Below, piece by piece: positions 61,670-64,000 of a stretch of DNA of 64,000 bases (positions within the stretch are counted from its first letter, which is position 1; each line of letters begins with the position of its first letter). The notes under the pieces are model-generated. The model was not told where the DNA came from and did not search any database. It saw only the letters and a program-made list of their open reading frames with translations. Both the position numbers and the translations under genes were made by a program. This DNA is from Phoronis australis (Eukaryota > Animalia > Phoronida): positions 1,169,535-1,233,534 of the forward strand of contig NMRA01000054.1 in NCBI GenBank assembly GCA_002633005.1, read 5' to 3'.

Positions 61670-63750
61670 AATTACTCTGCGCGTGCAGAGTACTGTTGTT
61701 CCTGGGTTTTCTTCAATTTTATTCTTATTCTTCTTCCGACCAACTTTGAGGCTTAATAACTCCAAAATGGGTGCAGGTATGCTCTTTAAATTCTGCATGT
61801 TGTTTTTGGCAGTACATAAATTTTGATTCGTTATATAATCATTATCCATATTGCACCGGAAGAGGTCATTTGGTGCAAAGGTCATGTAATTTTCAAAATG
61901 CTACTCCTTCTCCATTTTCGAAGCTATTCTTTTCAAATTCGGTGCACAGGTATAAGCGAATAAGGCAATTTAAAAAAATCACTTTTCTAAGTAATCGGGT
62001 CATCCAATCAAGTGAAATAGGTCAAAGGTCATTAGGTGCACACTAAAATTTTGAGCTAGGCACTTCAAATTGACTGGTCTGATTGGCACAGGTAATTCAA
62101 TTTGGAATCCAAAGTTTCAGGTCATTTAGTGCAAACATGGGGTCATTAGGTGCATTTTTCTTCTGAATATTTGACCTTTTCAATCAGCAAATATTCTGAT
62201 GTGACAACTGTGATTGTCAGCATTAAACACATTTTTTATGGGCTTTGCAATAATTCTCCTAAAGACGCTTATAATGCACTAGATAGGGTCATTTAGTGCA
62301 AAGGTCATGTAACGTTCAAAATGTTATATCTCTTACGTTTTTCAAGGAATTCTATTCAATTTCAGCACACTGGTGTAAGTCAACATGCCAATTAAATACC
62401 CTACTTTACTTCGCAATAGGCTAACCAATCAGAAAAAATAGGTCAAACGTCATTGAGTGCAAACTAAAATTTTGAACTAGAGACTTCAAAATGACATGTC
62501 TGTTTACTAAGTGCAATTGGGTTTGAATTCTAAATTTTCAGGTCATTTGGTGCACCCATTGGGTCATTAGGTGTACTTTTCTTCTGAAAGTTTGACCAAT
62601 TCATTCATCTTGTATTCTGAAGTGCTTAAAGTAAAACATCTGTGATTTTTAGCATTAACCACACTTTTAATCAAGTTAAGAATTACTCCCTCATCGGGGC
62701 TCATAATGCACCGGAAGAGGCCAATTAGTGGAAAGGTCATCAAAAAATTAATATGTAATTTCTCCTACAATTTAAAAGAATTCCTTTTCATATTGGTAAA
62801 AGGGTTGTCTTCAGTAACTTCCCATATTAATTCCAGTAATACGCACGCGCAGAGTCCGTTACTATCATGCCGTGACAATAATCTTTCTAGTTCTTCTTCT
62901 TATTCTTCTTCCGACCAACCTTGAGGCTTAATAACTCAAAATTGGGTGCAGGCACGGTCTTTAAATTCAGCATATAATGTAATTTTTGCCAGTGTATAAA
63001 TTTTGATTCGTTAGATAATCATTTTCCATAATGCACCGGAGGGGGTCGTTTGGTGCAAAGGTCATCCAATATTCAAAATGCTACTCCTTTTTATTTTATA
63101 AGCTATTCTTTTCAAATTTGGTACACAGGTATAAGTCAAAAAGGCAATTTAAAAAATTACTTTTCTAAGTAATCGGGTCATCCAATCGGATTAAAGAGGT
63201 CAAAGGTCATTAGGTGCAGACTGAGATTTTGAGCTACACACTTCAAATTAAAAGGTCTGATTGGCACAGGTAATTCAATTCGGTATCCAAAGTTTCAGGT
63301 CAGTTAGTGCAAACATGGGTTCATTAGGTGCATTTTTCTTCTGATCTTTTCATTCACCAAGTATTATGATGTGTCAACCGTTAGACAACTGTTGTTCTCA
63401 GCATTAAACACATTTTTCATGGGCTTTTCAATACTTCTCCTAAAGACGCTTGTAATGCACCGGATAGGGTCAATTAGTGGAAAGGTCATCTAACGTCAAT
63501 TAGTGGAAAGGTCATCTAACGTCAAGTAGTGGAAAGGTCATCGAAATATTAACGAGTAAATTCTCCTACATTTTTAAAGAATTTCTTTTCTTATTGGTAA
63601 ACGGGTTGCTGTCAGTAACTTCCCAAAACAATTCCAGTAATACGCACGCACACAGTTCATTATTGTCACGCCGTGGCAATAATGTTTCTAATTACTCTGC
63701 GCGTGTAAGCGCAGAGTCCTGTTGTTCCTGGGTTTTCTTCAATTTTATTC
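61670..63750 (+). repeat. Tandem Helentron/HINE-like repeat (~1.2-kb units with ~400-bp GGTCA-rich subunits)
   Basis: The head attactctgcgcgtg..cagagt(a/c)ctgttgttcctgggttttcttcaattttattct recurs at 61671 and 63691. The body ttcttcttccgaccaac..gaggcttaataactc recurs at ~61728 and ~62902. The family assignment is an inference from architecture. Confidence 0.7.
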
Positions 63751-63754
63751 TGAT

Positions 63755-64000
63755 CCCTTACAAAAATGAACTTAAGTTTTCATCGAAAAACTTAAGTTTT
63801 TGGTCTGAAAAACTTAAGTTTTCATTCCCGAAAACTTAAGTTTTTGGCGAAAACTTAAGTATTTTGGAACAAGTTTTTTGGAACGAACTTAAGTTTTCAT
63901 AATTTAAGTTTTCAAAAACTTAAGTTTTTCAAAAACTTAAGTTCTGAAAACTTAAGTTTTTCAAAAACTTAAGTTCTGAAAACTTAAGTTTTTCAAAAAC
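63755..64000. repeat. Array of palindromic AAAACTTAAGTTTT motifs, probable start of a fold-back/MITE element
   Basis: About 10 copies of aacttaagtt after cccttacaaaaatg, running off the window end. Confidence 0.8.

Noticed and set aside
63770-64000. Regularly spaced palindromic repeats resembling a CRISPR array
   Set aside because: Spacers are very short and themselves repetitive, there are no cas genes, and the context is eukaryotic; this is a MITE or satellite terminus.

Overview
AT-rich animal (probably marine invertebrate) nuclear DNA, not prokaryotic; most ORFs in the supplied track are spurious. One + strand host gene runs through the window as small GT-AG exons in large introns (up to ~22 kb). 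Read by hand, it encodes a mosaic extracellular protein: LDLa - F-type lectin N-half - kringle - complete F-type lectin - SRCR - SRCR first half. Both ends of the gene probably lie outside the window. The introns hold decayed transposons: L1/Tx1, Hero and other LINE relics, several Gypsy fragments, a BEL/Pao element with its 3' LTR, a Penelope-like element with a hammerhead ribozyme, a P-element/THAP9-type transposon (60-bp TIRs, 8-bp TSD), an Academ element, three Kolobok-family pieces (TTAA), MITEs and Helentron-like tandem repeats. The most unusual observations are (i) a Kolobok element that seems to carry a third, spliced SAP + GIY-YIG gene besides THAP-transposase and KolX remnants, and (ii) a 1.7-kb palindrome with hairpin ends and two inward-facing tRNA-like sequences nested in the P element. 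All calls come from manual reading; no database searches were run.
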